A stretch of DNA of 62,961 nt, filler included, from an uncultured bacterium (GCA_965372715.1; 7 parts of 7 records of this genome joined end to end with filler, not necessarily neighbours in it), one strand, 5' to 3'. Shown: positions 49,534-60,628, numbered from the whole stretch's first letter. Made by a program: numbers and translations. Notes: a model not told the origin generated them from the letters alone.

Positions 49534-49887
49534 TCACGCGTAGAGGCTCGACATCTCCTTTTGGACGATGATGCCGTCCTGAAGGTGGATCATCCGGTCG
49601 CAGCTTTCGGCGAGATCGAGGTCGTGTGTGGCGATGAATACGGCAAGGCCGGAAGCGGCCAGTTCTTTGAAGAGGTCCGTCATGCTATCACGCACCTGGG
49701 TGGAGAACCTGCCAGTCGGCTCGTCCGCTATCAGTACTCTCGGATTCAAGATCAAGGCACGGGCAATCGCGACCCTCTGCATGTCTCCTCCGCTGAGCAT
49801 CCTGACCTGTATATGGTCCCTGCCCCTCAATCCAACCTCCTCCAGCTTCGATGAGGCGATGCCGGCGGCGGTGTTTACGAGCCGAGA
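49534..49887 (-). pseudogene. ABC transporter ATP-binding protein, C-terminal fragment
   Basis: LSGGDMQRVAIARAL, ADEPTG and ATHD present, but no Walker A. In-frame stop just upstream. Confidence 0.75.
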
Positions 49888-49959
49888 TCATTCCAGTATT
49901 ATCATCTCACGTATCCGTTGTGTGTCATTTATAACACATTCAGTTCTGGGGAGATTGCA

Positions 49960-50535
49960 GTGGCTAAGATAGAGATTGAGCCGACGACGACGGGGCTGCC
50001 GATGAGCTGTGTGGTGGTCTCGTGTCATGAGTCCAAGCACGGGGGCAATATCACTGCGATCGCATATTGTGCCATCGTGAATGTCAAACCACCCATGATC
50101 GCAGTCTCTATCAGGCCGTCCCGCTACTCGTATTCGCTCATCAAAGGGACGGGAGATTTCGTGGTGAATGTCCCTCTTGCTGATCAGGCGAGGCTGGTTG
50201 ACCTGGCCGGCGTCGTATCGGGCAAGAGCCTCGATAAATTCGACCTCGCAGGACTAACCAGGGCTACTGCTTCGAGGGTCAAGTCCCCGCTCATAGAGGA
50301 ATTCCCGATCAACATGGAGTGCAAGCTGCTCGATGTGGTCGAGCTGCCAACGCACAACCTCTTCATCGGCGAAGTGGTCGCTCTTCACGCGGACGAGGAG
50401 CTGATTGACGACAAGGGTCATCTAAGTTCTGATGCTGCCCCGTTTCTGGTGTTCTACAACCAGGGTTATTTCGCTATCGGCGAGAAGGTCGGACAGTTCG
50501 GGTTCTCGAAGGCGAGCAGCGACAAGGGCTCTTGA
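49960..50535 (+). CDS. Flavin reductase family protein (flavoredoxin-like)
   Basis: GTG start 49960 behind GGAG. PPMIAVSI, DFVVNVP, GVVSG...DKF, ECKL and THNLFIGEV motifs. Confidence 0.88.
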   Translation: MAKIEIEPTTTGLPMSCVVVSCHESKHGGNITAIAYCAIVNVKPPMIAVSIRPSRYSYSLIKGTGDFVVNVPLADQARLVDLAGVVSGKSLDKFDLAGLTRATASRVKSPLIEEFPINMECKLLDVVELPTHNLFIGEVVALHADEELIDDKGHLSSDAAPFLVFYNQGYFAIGEKVGQFGFSKASSDKGS

Positions 50536-50560
50536 TGACGTGTGATCTGGTAAGGCGAGT

Positions 50561-51604
50561 ATGACGCAGCAAGTATCTGACTTCAGAAGCGACACGGTAA
50601 CGAGACCCACGCCCAAGATGCGCCGGGCAATGGCTGAGGCCGTCGTTGGCGACGATGTTCTTGGCGATGACCCCACTGTCAATAGGCTTGAGGCGAAAGC
50701 GGCGGCAATTCTGGGCATGGAGGCCGCGCTTTTCGTCCCGTCCGGCACGATGGGCAACGAGATCGCCATCAACGTCTGGACCAGCCCCGGCGACGAGATC
50801 ATCGTGGACAACAGATCGCACATCTACCTCTATGAGGCGGCCGGCCCGGCGCTCATATCAGGGGTTCAGGTCTGCCCCATTGACACTAAGGACGGCGTCA
50901 TACCTCTGGACACAATCCGCGCCTCAATCAGGGATTCTTCCGATGTGCATTGCCCGAGAACGCGGCTTTTCTGCATCGAGAATACGCACAACATGCACGG
51001 GGGCCGGGTCCTGCCGATCGACTACCTGCGAAGTTTGAGGGAGCTCTCGCTCCAGCGGCAGATACCAATCCACCTCGACGGGGCCAGGATATTCAACGCC
51101 TCGGCCGCAACGGGCATTTCGCCAGCCGAATACGCATCACTCGCCGACAGCGTGATGTTCTGCCTCTCAAAGGGCCTGGGCGCCCCAATCGGCTCGATGC
51201 TCGTCGGGACCTCCGATTTCATTGATAAGGCGAGTCGCGTTCGGAAGGTGCTGGGCGGCGGGATGCGTCAGGTCGGCGTCATCGCCGCGCCGGCAATCAT
51301 CGCGCTCGACGAGATGGTCGATCGCCTCCATATAGACAATGAGAACGCGAAAAAGATCGCTCGTGGCATTGCTGACCTGGCTGGCATCGTTCTCGACCCG
51401 GAAACGGTCGAAACGAACATCGTGATGGTGCATCTCGAGCCGCCGGCCCCGTCAGCGGCGGAGCTCTCTCATCCGCTTGAGGAACGAGGCGTCTGGGGAA
51501 TCCCGCTTGGGCCAGATACGATCCGGTTCGTCACGCATTTCGACGTCGATGAGTCCGACGTCGAGCACCTCATCGAGGCGATGCGGGACGTGCTGGCCGG
51601 ATAG
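50561..51604 (+). CDS. ltaE: Low-specificity L-threonine aldolase
   Basis: [46 protein letters not shown] and GGGMRQ motifs. Confidence 0.93.
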   Translation: MTQQVSDFRSDTVTRPTPKMRRAMAEAVVGDDVLGDDPTVNRLEAKAAAILGMEAALFVPSGTMGNEIAINVWTSPGDEIIVDNRSHIYLYEAAGPALISGVQVCPIDTKDGVIPLDTIRASIRDSSDVHCPRTRLFCIENTHNMHGGRVLPIDYLRSLRELSLQRQIPIHLDGARIFNASAATGISPAEYASLADSVMFCLSKGLGAPIGSMLVGTSDFIDKASRVRKVLGGGMRQVGVIAAPAIIALDEMVDRLHIDNENAKKIARGIADLAGIVLDPETVETNIVMVHLEPPAPSAAELSHPLEERGVWGIPLGPDTIRFVTHFDVDESDVEHLIEAMRDVLAG

Positions 51605-51621
51605 GTTCTCGGTTTCCGCAT

Positions 51622-51953
51622 CCCAGTAATCAGATTGAAGGAGCATCCGGCTCTATGCATGCCCTATGGAGTGCGGCGGCTCGACGCCGCTTTCTTTGGT
51701 GGTGGCTTGACACCACCTTCTGATGGACGGCTCCTTCGACCTCGCAGATAGCGATTCGGAGATACGGACGTTAATCGATGCTAACCGGCGCCGCGTCAGG
51801 CCGCGGCAAGTGAAAGCGGTGCCGGGTCACCGCACTCCAAAGCACCGAACGGGTGCAAGCCACAAACCGACCGCGGTCGCAATGATCACCCGTTGGCAGG
51901 AGCAGAACGAGTTGACCGCACGAGGTCTGACGTCGTCAATCTGATTTTTCGGG
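51622..51953. mobile_element. MITE-like element family E (~330 bp) with internal REP-like doublet
   Basis: Ends CCCAGTAATCAGATTGA / TCAATCTGATTTTTCGGG. Internal inverted hairpins GGAGTGCGGCGGCTCGACGCCGCTTT and AAAGCGGTGCCGGGTCACCGCACTCC. Confidence 0.6.
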
Positions 51954-52070
51954 CGAAGATTGCCACTTGACAAACCCGTCCGCCTCTATAGCATCAGGCT
52001 GTACCGCTCGGCATTTTGGTTTAGGAGTGCCTGAAGGCGAGCATCAGCCTGTGCTTGCCTTGGGCTTCTG

Positions 52071-55000
52071 ATGACTAGGAGGGTTTCGATGAAGACCAAC
52101 CAAAGCGCTTTGCCAGCCAGTTTTCTTCTCATCACCTTTTTGCTTCTGGGGGCTTTCCCAACGCCCTCAGGCGGAGCTTTTGAGCCGGACCTTTCGGCCT
52201 GCCTCGTCATGCGGCAGCCAGATGGCTCGTTGCCGGACGCGATTGACGACGATTCCCTAATTGTCCTCGACTACGGTTCGTTTGTGCTCGTCAACCTTCG
52301 ACCGTCGGCCATCGAGCAGCTGGTCGCCTCAGGAGTAGTTGTCGAGGACCTGTCTGCACGGACACTTGTCAGACTGGGAGACTACGTGTTCGATCCCGTC
52401 GATGGACCCAGCTTCTTGCCCGCTGCCCTGCGGCTTAGCGAGGAAGAAAGGGCAACCTCGCAATACGTCATTGTGCAGTGGTATGGGCCGGTTAGGCGCG
52501 ACTTTCTGGAATCGCTCGAGGCGGCCGGAGCAAGATGCATCCAGTACATTCCCGATTTCGGGATGCTGGTCAGGCGCGGGCCAACACCGTTGCAATCGCT
52601 TCTGGAGTTTGATTTCGTGCGCGCCGTTACGCCTTACGAGCCGGCCTTTAAGGTCGAACGCGTTCTCTTAGAGCCGCTCGGGGTCCAGTTGCTTGGCGTT
52701 CATCTTGACAAGGTCCCTGACTACGAACGCGTGCTTGGATTGCTGAGCGCGTTCGGTGAGATAACACAAGACCCCGTCATCACTGCCTCGAGGATCATTG
52801 TCCGCCTGCGAGCCGACACAGCTAACGTGCCCAAGATCGCCTCAATCCCTGAGGTTCTGGTCGTTGGGCTCTACACCGAGCCTCAGAAGCACGACGAGAT
52901 TCAGGACCAGATCATGTCGATGGAGCTTGGCGATAACGGCTTGCCCACGGTGGGCTATCGGGAGTTCCTCGAATACGTGGGGGTTACCGGCGCGGACGTG
53001 CCGGTTGCCGTGTGCGACACGGGCGTTGACACGGGGACGGACTACGATTCGATGCATCTTGACCTGAGAGGTCGGGTCCTCGCAGTCATCGACTATGCGG
53101 GCAATTCCGGAAGAGACTACGACGGCCACGGGACACATTGTGCGGGGATCATAGCGGGCAACGGGGCGAGCGAAGTCAGCGACAGCAATGACTTCGAGGT
53201 CGGCCTGGGCATCGCGCCCGAGGCGCTGATCGTTACCCAGAACTACTTGGCGGATTGGTATGACGTGGCGATTGTTGATCTACTTGGTGCGGCCTACTCT
53301 GCTGGGGCGCAGGTTCACAGCAATAGCTGGGGCGACGGCTATTACTCGGAGCGAGGCTACACAACCACGTGCATCGAGTGGGACGAGGCAATGCTGGACG
53401 TGAAGCCGAGCGAGAACGGGACGCAGCGGCTTATCGTGTTCAAATCCGCCGGCAACGACGGGAGCTCTGGGCTTTCCTCACCCGGCGAGGCGAAGAACAC
53501 AATCGCCATCGGCGCGACCGAGAATTATCGACCTGAGAAGGGCTGTAGCAGCATCAACAGCCTGGCCGATTTCAGCTCGCGCGGGATGTGTGAGGATGGC
53601 CGTGTGAAGCCTGATCTGTGCTGCCCCGGCGCATGCATTATCTCTGCGCTCTCATCAGAATCGTATCCGGGATGGGCTTACGGCAGTTTCGGCAGCTATC
53701 ACGAGTATTGCTCCGGGACGAGCATGTCTTGCCCGGCGGCGGCCGGGACCGCAGCGCTGCTCGTGGAGAAGGTGCGGAATGAGACCGAGAATCTCCCGTC
53801 GCCGGCGCTTGTGCGGGCTTGGATGATCGCGACGGCGTTTGACATGCCGGACCCGTCAAACAAGCCAATCCCGAACAATGACGAGGGTTGGGGCCGTATC
53901 GACCTTTCTGCGCTGCTCGATCCTGATGCGGACATCCTTTACTACGACGAGGAGGTGGTGTTTACCGAGACAGGCGAAGACCATATCATGACGGTCTCTG
54001 TTGGCTCGATGACGGAGCCTTTCAGGGTTGCGCTGGCGTGGCTCGACGCACCCGGGGCACTCCACGCGCAGCCAGCCCTCGTCAACGACCTCGACCTGAT
54101 CGTGACCGGCGCCGATTGGACGGAATACCTGGGCAACAACTTCTCAGATAGCTTCTCCGAGCCCGGTGGGCAGCCAGACCGACGAAACAACGTCGAATGC
54201 GTGTTTGTTGAGGCGCCTCAAGGACAATACCACATTCGCGTGGTGGCTCACCAGATAACGAGCGACACGACGCCGGGTACAAGCGGCATTCAGCAGCCGT
54301 TTGCGCTATTTGTGAGCAACGCGCTCGACATCAGTTCGAAGGCGTGGATTCGCTTTTCGGAGAGGGCGTATCGCTGCGACGCCGAGGTGGAGGTTACGCT
54401 AGCGGACCTCGACCTCGCTGAGGCCTCGAGTGTTACTGTTATGGCTGCATCGACATACGCGCCGGATGAGTGGCTCGAGGTGTCGCTCTTCCCGAACGAG
54501 GAGCATCCGGGCATGTTCTCCGGGACCTTCAATCTAACGCCCTCCGACGAGTTTGAACACGACGCCGTTCGGATAGCGCACGATTATTTCGTCGGCGCGC
54601 TTTATATCGACGAGGACGATGGGATGGGCGGACGCAGCGTAGAGCTGATATGCTATGCGCAGGCCGACTGTCAGGGGCCGATACTTCAGAGCATCGAGAT
54701 CACCCAGTCCGAGTCCGGACGTGTCCACTTCTTCATTGGGGCCAGCGAGCCCTGTTCAGCTAAGATCGGTTACTGGGACGCAACGGGCCACGTCAATTAC
54801 ATCCAGAGTCCGCCGAATCAACGCAAGGAGGAGCACGACATAGACATCGTGGACCTTTACCCATGCTCAAGCTATTGGGCGGCTATCGAGCTTACCGATG
54901 CCTACGGGAACTCCACAACCTGGGACAACGAGGGCCAATTCTTCACATTCGAGACGAAATACTATGGCACAAAAACTTACACCGGTGGGGAGATTGGTGA

Positions 55001-58000
55001 TGAGGACGGTTGGTATTCCAGCGCCTCAAACGGCGACCCATGGCGCAAGAGCACTCGAAGGGCTTATTCAGGGGATGCCGCTTGGTATTGCGGCAGCGAG
55101 GCGTCCGGCAACTACGGCAACAACTGGGACACGAGCCTCATCTCGGACGAGTTCGTCGTGACACCTGGCGCCAAGCTTCGGTTCGTGGTTCGTTCCGACA
55201 CAGAGAGCAGCTATGATTACCTTAAGGTCTATGTTCGGCATGACGGTCGAGACACACAGCTCTCGGGGATGTCATTCTCAGGCAGCTCGGGCGGATGGCA
55301 GATAAAGGAGAGATCTCTTCAGGTCTATGAGGATGAAACCGTCAGAATAAAGTTCCGGTTCACCTCGGACTCTTCAGTGACTTATGAGGGCAGCTACATC
55401 GACGAGTGCATGGTTATCGCGGAGGGGGATTGCGCGTCGGGCATCCTGCTGACGGACAAGGACGGTTACACCTGCTCGCAGACCGTTCAGGTAACGCTGC
55501 TTGACAGTAACTTAGGGCAGGACCCCTCGACGGCAGAAGAGATAAGCATCAGATTGGGGAAGTTCCCGTCTGCTTTTGGGGTGGACCTCGCGCTGACGGA
55601 GGTCGCGCCCGACTCTCCCCGATTCTCAGGCGAAGTGCCGCTCTCGGCCGACGGGGCGCCCGGAACGCTGCCGGTCAGCCACGACGACCAGCTCTGGTTC
55701 GCTTACACCGATCCATATCCCTCCGATACCCAAGGCGAGACTGTCCTTATCACGGTTTATATAGACTGTGAGGCGCCTGTCATTACTAGTTATCAGAGCG
55801 GTTGCTTGAGCCCCGAGGTCGGCGTCGTTCGGTTCACTACGGACACCCCGAGTCGGGCGCATCTGCATTTTCTTGGCGCGGAGGACGCGGTGGTCATGCA
55901 GGACAGCGAAGCCCTTTCCACGGAGCACGAGATCACCATCACTGGCCTTGAGGAATGCACTGAGTATCAGTTTTATCTCGAAATGTGGGACGAGGTCGGC
56001 AACTATCGATTGATGGATAACGAGGGGCTCTATTACGCGTTTGAGACCCCCAGGGAACGTGTGGCCCTGAAGGACGACTGCGAGCAGGGCGAGGGCGACT
56101 GGGGGCACTACTCAAACTACGGCGCCGACCAGTGGCATCTCTCGAGCCGGCGGTCATGTTCCGGTTCTTTCTCTTGGTTCTGCGGCAGCGATGACGGGAA
56201 CTACGGGGACAACATGGAGTGCATATTGGCCCTGGACCCCCTGGAATGGCTGCCCGGTTCAACCTTGACATTTCAGACCTTCTACTCGCTCGAGTCGGGC
56301 TACGATTACGGTTACGTCGAGGTCTATAACCCAGAGACATCCTCGTGGCGAACGCTGGAGCAGATCAACGGCTCGTCAGGCGACTGGGCGACCTTATCGA
56401 TCGATCTTCCCGACTACGAGGAGCCTTCAGCGCTACGTTTCAGAATGAAGACCGATTCGTACACAGTCTATGAAGGTTGGTTCATTGATGACATCGCTAT
56501 CAAAGGACTGTGGGATTGCCACTCGGGAACGCTTCTGCTCGGTCGGCGGACAGTCGGGTGCACGTGCACGCAGCTCCAAATCGAGCTCGTTGACCTGGAC
56601 CTGAACACAGACCCCGGCCGAGTCGAGACGATCGACGTCACGGTCTCGTCAGCCGAGACGGGCGATTCGGTTACGACGACGCTCAGCGAAATGGACACCG
56701 ATAGCTCGAGATTCACCGGCGCTGTCTTCGTGACTGACGAGGACAAAGACGGGGCGGCCGATACCATCCAAGTGACGGACGCAGACAGCGTGTCTGTCAG
56801 CTATTGGGACGAGATATATGGGCCTGAAAAGCAACCGCAGATGGTCGTTGAGGACGTATCGACTGACTGCGTAAGGCCCGAGATTCTAGATTTCGACGTG
56901 GTCCCAATCGGGGCGGCCGACGCGTTAGCGTCGTGCACGATCTCGAGAGCGGTCGAGTGCGTGTTCAGCTATGAATCGGTGGGTTCGGGACTAAACGTCA
57001 ACGTAGCCGGAGGCGGCCCAAAAGAGCGGTTCTGTATATTGGTTAGCGATCTCGACAAGTGTGAGGAGTATCATTTCACACTCGAGTTGGTTGACACGGT
57101 CGGCAATCACGTCTCGGTCGATTGCGACTCGCCGGAGTATTTCTTCACGGCCGGATACCCCTGGGTCGAATACTCAACGGGCTTCGGAGACCCAGAGGGC
57201 TGGGCCACAGGCTCACTGAAACCCATCTATCGCCCCGAAGAGGACGTCTGGGAGTGGAGGGAGTTCGGGGGCGCCGATGACGAGGCCGGCTGCTTCTATG
57301 CTGAGATACCGGCCGATGTCGAGTCGGTCGATGCAGTCCTAGTCTCGCCTCCAGTGTGGGCATTGGGCGCCATGACGGTCTCTTTCTCCGAAAAACACTC
57401 ATCCGGTAGTATTGATCTGGTGGTCGAGGCGGCAGTCCTTCCGCATAGTGAGTGGGTCGATATCACGCCTTTTGACGTAAGCCATCTCCCCGGCAACACA
57501 TGGCACGATGTCGCGACCGTCTTCTCCACCAACTCCGAGAAGTGCAGATACCGCATCAGGGTGCAGTCGGGGCCGGGCGCCGCCTCCGCGCACGTTTGCA
57601 TAGACAGTTTTTCGCTTACGAACGACATCGGGTGCGAACCCAGACTCGACATTTCCTGTAACGCTTACGAATACAGGGTCAACAGCACAATCAAGATGGA
57701 CTTGCGCGCAAGTCTAGGCAATCTGACAGGCGAGTATTTCTTGACCGCGGCCGCCATCTCCTCGAAGGGGTATCATTTCTATTACCCCAACTGGTCGCCG
57801 CTAGTCAGTCTCGTCCCACTCGATTTCACCAAAGAGGGGCCTCTGACAATGACGCTCGTGGACCATACGATCGAGACACTGGCGGACGCCATTGACCTTC
57901 AAGGGTATTGGCTTGTGGAAGGAACGCTCTACGACGCCTCGGGCAACCCCGTAAGCGCCGCAACGCAAAAGGGATTTCTGGTGATACCGCAGGTCGATCT

Positions 58001-58277
58001 CGTCCCGTGCGCCTCGCTCGCAGTATCGCCTGTTGCTGCTATGGTGCAGGAAGCCGTCTTCTTCGACGCATCGGCGTCGTTTGATGACGTAACTCCTGAA
58101 GAGGCTCTGCTCTTCCGATGGGACCTCGAGGCGGACGGGGCCTGGGACTCTGATTTCGGACAGTCGGCGATTCTGGAAATGCGCTTTGAATACCCAGGCG
58201 CCTTCGAGGTTCTCGTTGAGGTGATGGATTCCCTCGGCCAGACTGATATCGCCGCTCAGGTGGTTTACGTCTATTGA
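52071..58277 (+). CDS. Large secreted S8 (subtilisin-like) serine peptidase with repeated beta-sandwich modules and C-terminal PKD domain
   Basis: Signal peptide. Triad motifs CDTG, GHGTHCAG and SGTSMSCP, oxyanion SAGN, GWGRIDL. PKD-like FDASASFD..FRWDLEADG. Start may be 52089. Confidence 0.9.
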   Translation: MTRRVSMKTNQSALPASFLLITFLLLGAFPTPSGGAFEPDLSACLVMRQPDGSLPDAIDDDSLIVLDYGSFVLVNLRPSAIEQLVASGVVVEDLSARTLVRLGDYVFDPVDGPSFLPAALRLSEEERATSQYVIVQWYGPVRRDFLESLEAAGARCIQYIPDFGMLVRRGPTPLQSLLEFDFVRAVTPYEPAFKVERVLLEPLGVQLLGVHLDKVPDYERVLGLLSAFGEITQDPVITASRIIVRLRADTANVPKIASIPEVLVVGLYTEPQKHDEIQDQIMSMELGDNGLPTVGYREFLEYVGVTGADVPVAVCDTGVDTGTDYDSMHLDLRGRVLAVIDYAGNSGRDYDGHGTHCAGIIAGNGASEVSDSNDFEVGLGIAPEALIVTQNYLADWYDVAIVDLLGAAYSAGAQVHSNSWGDGYYSERGYTTTCIEWDEAMLDVKPSENGTQRLIVFKSAGNDGSSGLSSPGEAKNTIAIGATENYRPEKGCSSINSLADFSSRGMCEDGRVKPDLCCPGACIISALSSESYPGWAYGSFGSYHEYCSGTSMSCPAAAGTAALLVEKVRNETENLPSPALVRAWMIATAFDMPDPSNKPIPNNDEGWGRIDLSALLDPDADILYYDEEVVFTETGEDHIMTVSVGSMTEPFRVALAWLDAPGALHAQPALVNDLDLIVTGADWTEYLGNNFSDSFSEPGGQPDRRNNVECVFVEAPQGQYHIRVVAHQITSDTTPGTSGIQQPFALFVSNALDISSKAWIRFSERAYRCDAEVEVTLADLDLAEASSVTVMAASTYAPDEWLEVSLFPNEEHPGMFSGTFNLTPSDEFEHDAVRIAHDYFVGALYIDEDDGMGGRSVELICYAQADCQGPILQSIEITQSESGRVHFFIGASEPCSAKIGYWDATGHVNYIQSPPNQRKEEHDIDIVDLYPCSSYWAAIELTDAYGNSTTWDNEGQFFTFETKYYGTKTYTGGEIGDEDGWYSSASNGDPWRKSTRRAYSGDAAWYCGSEASGNYGNNWDTSLISDEFVVTPGAKLRFVVRSDTESSYDYLKVYVRHDGRDTQLSGMSFSGSSGGWQIKERSLQVYEDETVRIKFRFTSDSSVTYEGSYIDECMVIAEGDCASGILLTDKDGYTCSQTVQVTLLDSNLGQDPSTAEEISIRLGKFPSAFGVDLALTEVAPDSPRFSGEVPLSADGAPGTLPVSHDDQLWFAYTDPYPSDTQGETVLITVYIDCEAPVITSYQSGCLSPEVGVVRFTTDTPSRAHLHFLGAEDAVVMQDSEALSTEHEITITGLEECTEYQFYLEMWDEVGNYRLMDNEGLYYAFETPRERVALKDDCEQGEGDWGHYSNYGADQWHLSSRRSCSGSFSWFCGSDDGNYGDNMECILALDPLEWLPGSTLTFQTFYSLESGYDYGYVEVYNPETSSWRTLEQINGSSGDWATLSIDLPDYEEPSALRFRMKTDSYTVYEGWFIDDIAIKGLWDCHSGTLLLGRRTVGCTCTQLQIELVDLDLNTDPGRVETIDVTVSSAETGDSVTTTLSEMDTDSSRFTGAVFVTDEDKDGAADTIQVTDADSVSVSYWDEIYGPEKQPQMVVEDVSTDCVRPEILDFDVVPIGAADALASCTISRAVECVFSYESVGSGLNVNVAGGGPKERFCILVSDLDKCEEYHFTLELVDTVGNHVSVDCDSPEYFFTAGYPWVEYSTGFGDPEGWATGSLKPIYRPEEDVWEWREFGGADDEAGCFYAEIPADVESVDAVLVSPPVWALGAMTVSFSEKHSSGSIDLVVEAAVLPHSEWVDITPFDVSHLPGNTWHDVATVFSTNSEKCRYRIRVQSGPGAASAHVCIDSFSLTNDIGCEPRLDISCNAYEYRVNSTIKMDLRASLGNLTGEYFLTAAAISSKGYHFYYPNWSPLVSLVPLDFTKEGPLTMTLVDHTIETLADAIDLQGYWLVEGTLYDASGNPVSAATQKGFLVIPQVDLVPCASLAVSPVAAMVQEAVFFDASASFDDVTPEEALLFRWDLEADGAWDSDFGQSAILEMRFEYPGAFEVLVEVMDSLGQTDIAAQVVYVY

Positions 58278-58352
58278 TATGAATAGCAAGGGCTGTGCAG
58301 CGCTTCGTAGGGGCGGTGCTTGCCCCGCCCTATCCTGTGTGATCGAACCTAT

Positions 58353-58452
58353 NNNNNNNNNNNNNNNNNNNNNNNNNNNNNNNNNNNNNNNNNNNNTTAA
58401 TTAATTAANNNNNNNNNNNNNNNNNNNNNNNNNNNNNNNNNNNNNNNNNNNN
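58353..58452. other. Artificial contig linker
   Basis: N44-TTAATTAATTAA-N44. Confidence 0.99.
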
Positions 58453-58550
58453 GACCCAACGTATGAAGGGCGGGGCAAGCACCGCCCCTACACACCCCGT
58501 GTGCAATTACGTCCCAGTCTTAACCCGCGCAGCCTCTTCACGTATGGGCC

Positions 58551-59189
58551 TCAACGCTTGCGGGCGCCTGCCATATATTCCCAGATAGAAAAGCCAAGCG
58601 CGATGGGGCTCACGCAGAGCCTTCGCGCCACCTGCTCCAGCATCTCACGTGTGTCGTGGTACGAGCTTGCCTTCAGACCGGCACGCCCGACGAAGCCATT
58701 GATCAACCCATCTGGGGCGATGGTCTCAATCCCGGCAAGCATTCTGAAGTAGTCCGCTGTCATGTTGCCGATGCCTCGCAGCTGCTTCAGCCGCTCGACG
58801 TTGGCGGAGCTTTCGAGCCACGCCCTGAGGTCCGCACGGGTCTCCACGCCTTCGTCCCTCAAGAATCTCGCAACATTCAGAATCGCCCGAGTTTTGACCT
58901 CGCCATTCCAGCGGATCAACGTAGAAAGACCGATTCGCTCAGCCAGGGCAAGGAAGCCGCTCGTCGTCCGCGCCTCGGGGAAATCGGCCCTCAACCGGTC
59001 AACACGAGGCTTGACCACCTGCTGATAGTTGATGCCTGACTGTAAGATTGCATCAACGACTATCGCGCCTACGTGATCATCCGTCCCACCCAGCGTATCA
59101 TTGATCGTGAAATCGCTCAGCGAGCGGATATAACCCACCAGCGCCTCGACGTTGTCGCTCAGTTCACCCGCAGTGCTCGTCATGGGCAC
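58551..59189 (-). CDS. Hypothetical protein with helix-hairpin-helix motif (HhH-GPD glycosylase-like)
   Basis: LKQLRGIGNMTADYF HhH motif followed by IAPD. Confidence 0.55.
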   Translation of the reverse strand: MPMTSTAGELSDNVEALVGYIRSLSDFTINDTLGGTDDHVGAIVVDAILQSGINYQQVVKPRVDRLRADFPEARTTSGFLALAERIGLSTLIRWNGEVKTRAILNVARFLRDEGVETRADLRAWLESSANVERLKQLRGIGNMTADYFRMLAGIETIAPDGLINGFVGRAGLKASSYHDTREMLEQVARRLCVSPIALGFSIWEYMAGARKR

Positions 59190-59295
59190 GATAATACATA
59201 AGATCGGCCTCTTGGCACAAGTGAGGCCTGCTCTTTGTTCTCTGGTTGACAGATTCGCTCAGTTTCCGACCTGCTCCTTTAGCACCGGGGTAGCC

Positions 59296-60402
59296 ATGAA
59301 GCACATCGGAAAGGGTCTAAGTGCCGTTTTGAAGGGCAAAAAGCTGATCAGGGGCGGTGTTCTTGTTGCGATTGCGGGCCTGGCGGGTTTCATCGCCATA
59401 GGAGGCCAAGACATCATCTTTCCGCCGCGCTATACAGGTCCCGTCTCGGACCATTTTGACGGCGTGCGGTTTCACAACCTACACGTTACACGTCGTGCGA
59501 GATCGAAAGACGCGCGCAAATGGATGGCCAATCGAAAGGTCGGACCCTGGCGCGAATACCAGAATCACCCACCCGGGCCGCCTCCTCCCCAGCGAGTCGG
59601 AACGGAGCAGCTCCGTGTGACATTCGTCAATCACGCCACCGTTCTCATCCAAATGGACGGCCTCAACATCCTGACCGACCCTATATGGACAATGCGCGCA
59701 AGCCCCGTGAGCTGGGCGGGCCCGCCGCGCGTGCGGCCCCCAGGCATACGCATTGAGGACCTCCCTCCCATCGATTGGGTCATCATAAGTCACAACCACT
59801 ACGATCATCTGAATATCCCAACCCTCAAACACCTGAACCACAAGTTCAGGCCTCGATTCCTTACGGGGCTCGGAAATGCAAGACTGCTCTTCAGACATGC
59901 CATTCAGGATGTTACAGAGATCGACTGGTGGGATACCGTATCCTTCTCAGATGAGGTCAAGGCGACCGGAGTCCCTGCCCAGCACTTCTCAGCCAGAGGT
60001 CCGTTCGACCGCAACAGGACGCTGTGGCTGGGTTTCGTCATCGAGGGCCCGTCGGGCAAGGTCTATTTCGCAGGTGACACAGGCGCTGGGCCACATATTC
60101 AGCAGATTCGCGACCGCTTTGGTCCTTTGCGCCTCGCCATGCTCCCTATCGGCGCCTACAAGCCGCGTTGGTTCATGCGGCGGGTTCATCTCACGCCCAA
60201 AGACGCGGTTGAGGCGCATCTGACGCTCGACGCGCAGACGAGCATGGGGATTCACTTCGGAACCTTCAAAGGACTGGCGGATGACAGCCAGGATGACCCA
60301 GTGAACGATCTCAACGAGGCCCTTCAAAAGCTGAATGTCCCGACCGAGCGGTTTTGGGTGCTCGACTTCGGCGAGGGCCGAGACGTCCCACCGGTCGGCT
60401 AG
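59296..60402 (+). CDS. MBL-fold metallo-hydrolase, NAPE-PLD/RomA-like
   Basis: ATG 59296, N-terminal TM. SDHFDG, LTDPIW, SHNHYDHL, PAQHFS, YFAGDTG, LPIGAY and IHFGTF motifs. Confidence 0.9.
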   Translation: MKHIGKGLSAVLKGKKLIRGGVLVAIAGLAGFIAIGGQDIIFPPRYTGPVSDHFDGVRFHNLHVTRRARSKDARKWMANRKVGPWREYQNHPPGPPPPQRVGTEQLRVTFVNHATVLIQMDGLNILTDPIWTMRASPVSWAGPPRVRPPGIRIEDLPPIDWVIISHNHYDHLNIPTLKHLNHKFRPRFLTGLGNARLLFRHAIQDVTEIDWWDTVSFSDEVKATGVPAQHFSARGPFDRNRTLWLGFVIEGPSGKVYFAGDTGAGPHIQQIRDRFGPLRLAMLPIGAYKPRWFMRRVHLTPKDAVEAHLTLDAQTSMGIHFGTFKGLADDSQDDPVNDLNEALQKLNVPTERFWVLDFGEGRDVPPVG

Positions 60403-60531
60403 ACAGGCGGCTCAAGCAGCTGCACCGTGGGGGACGAAGATTCGTTGGAATTGACACCGAACGAGAGTATATCGATCTGTCTGCTAGAGAATATGAGCAG
60501 TTGGCCGCAAATCAAGAGGGTTAACGAATAA

Positions 60532-60628
60532 CTCGGAGAGATCAGATTGTTTTCGACAAGAGCAGCCTCGTGAATGGCTCAGGCGAGCTCAAGACACGAC
60601 GTCAACGATTGTCGATCTGATTATTGGG
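60532..60628. repeat. Short member of MITE-like family E (lacks the internal doublet)
   Basis: GATCAGATTG ... CGATCTGATTATTGGG ends. Interior resembles 10308-10381. Confidence 0.5.
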
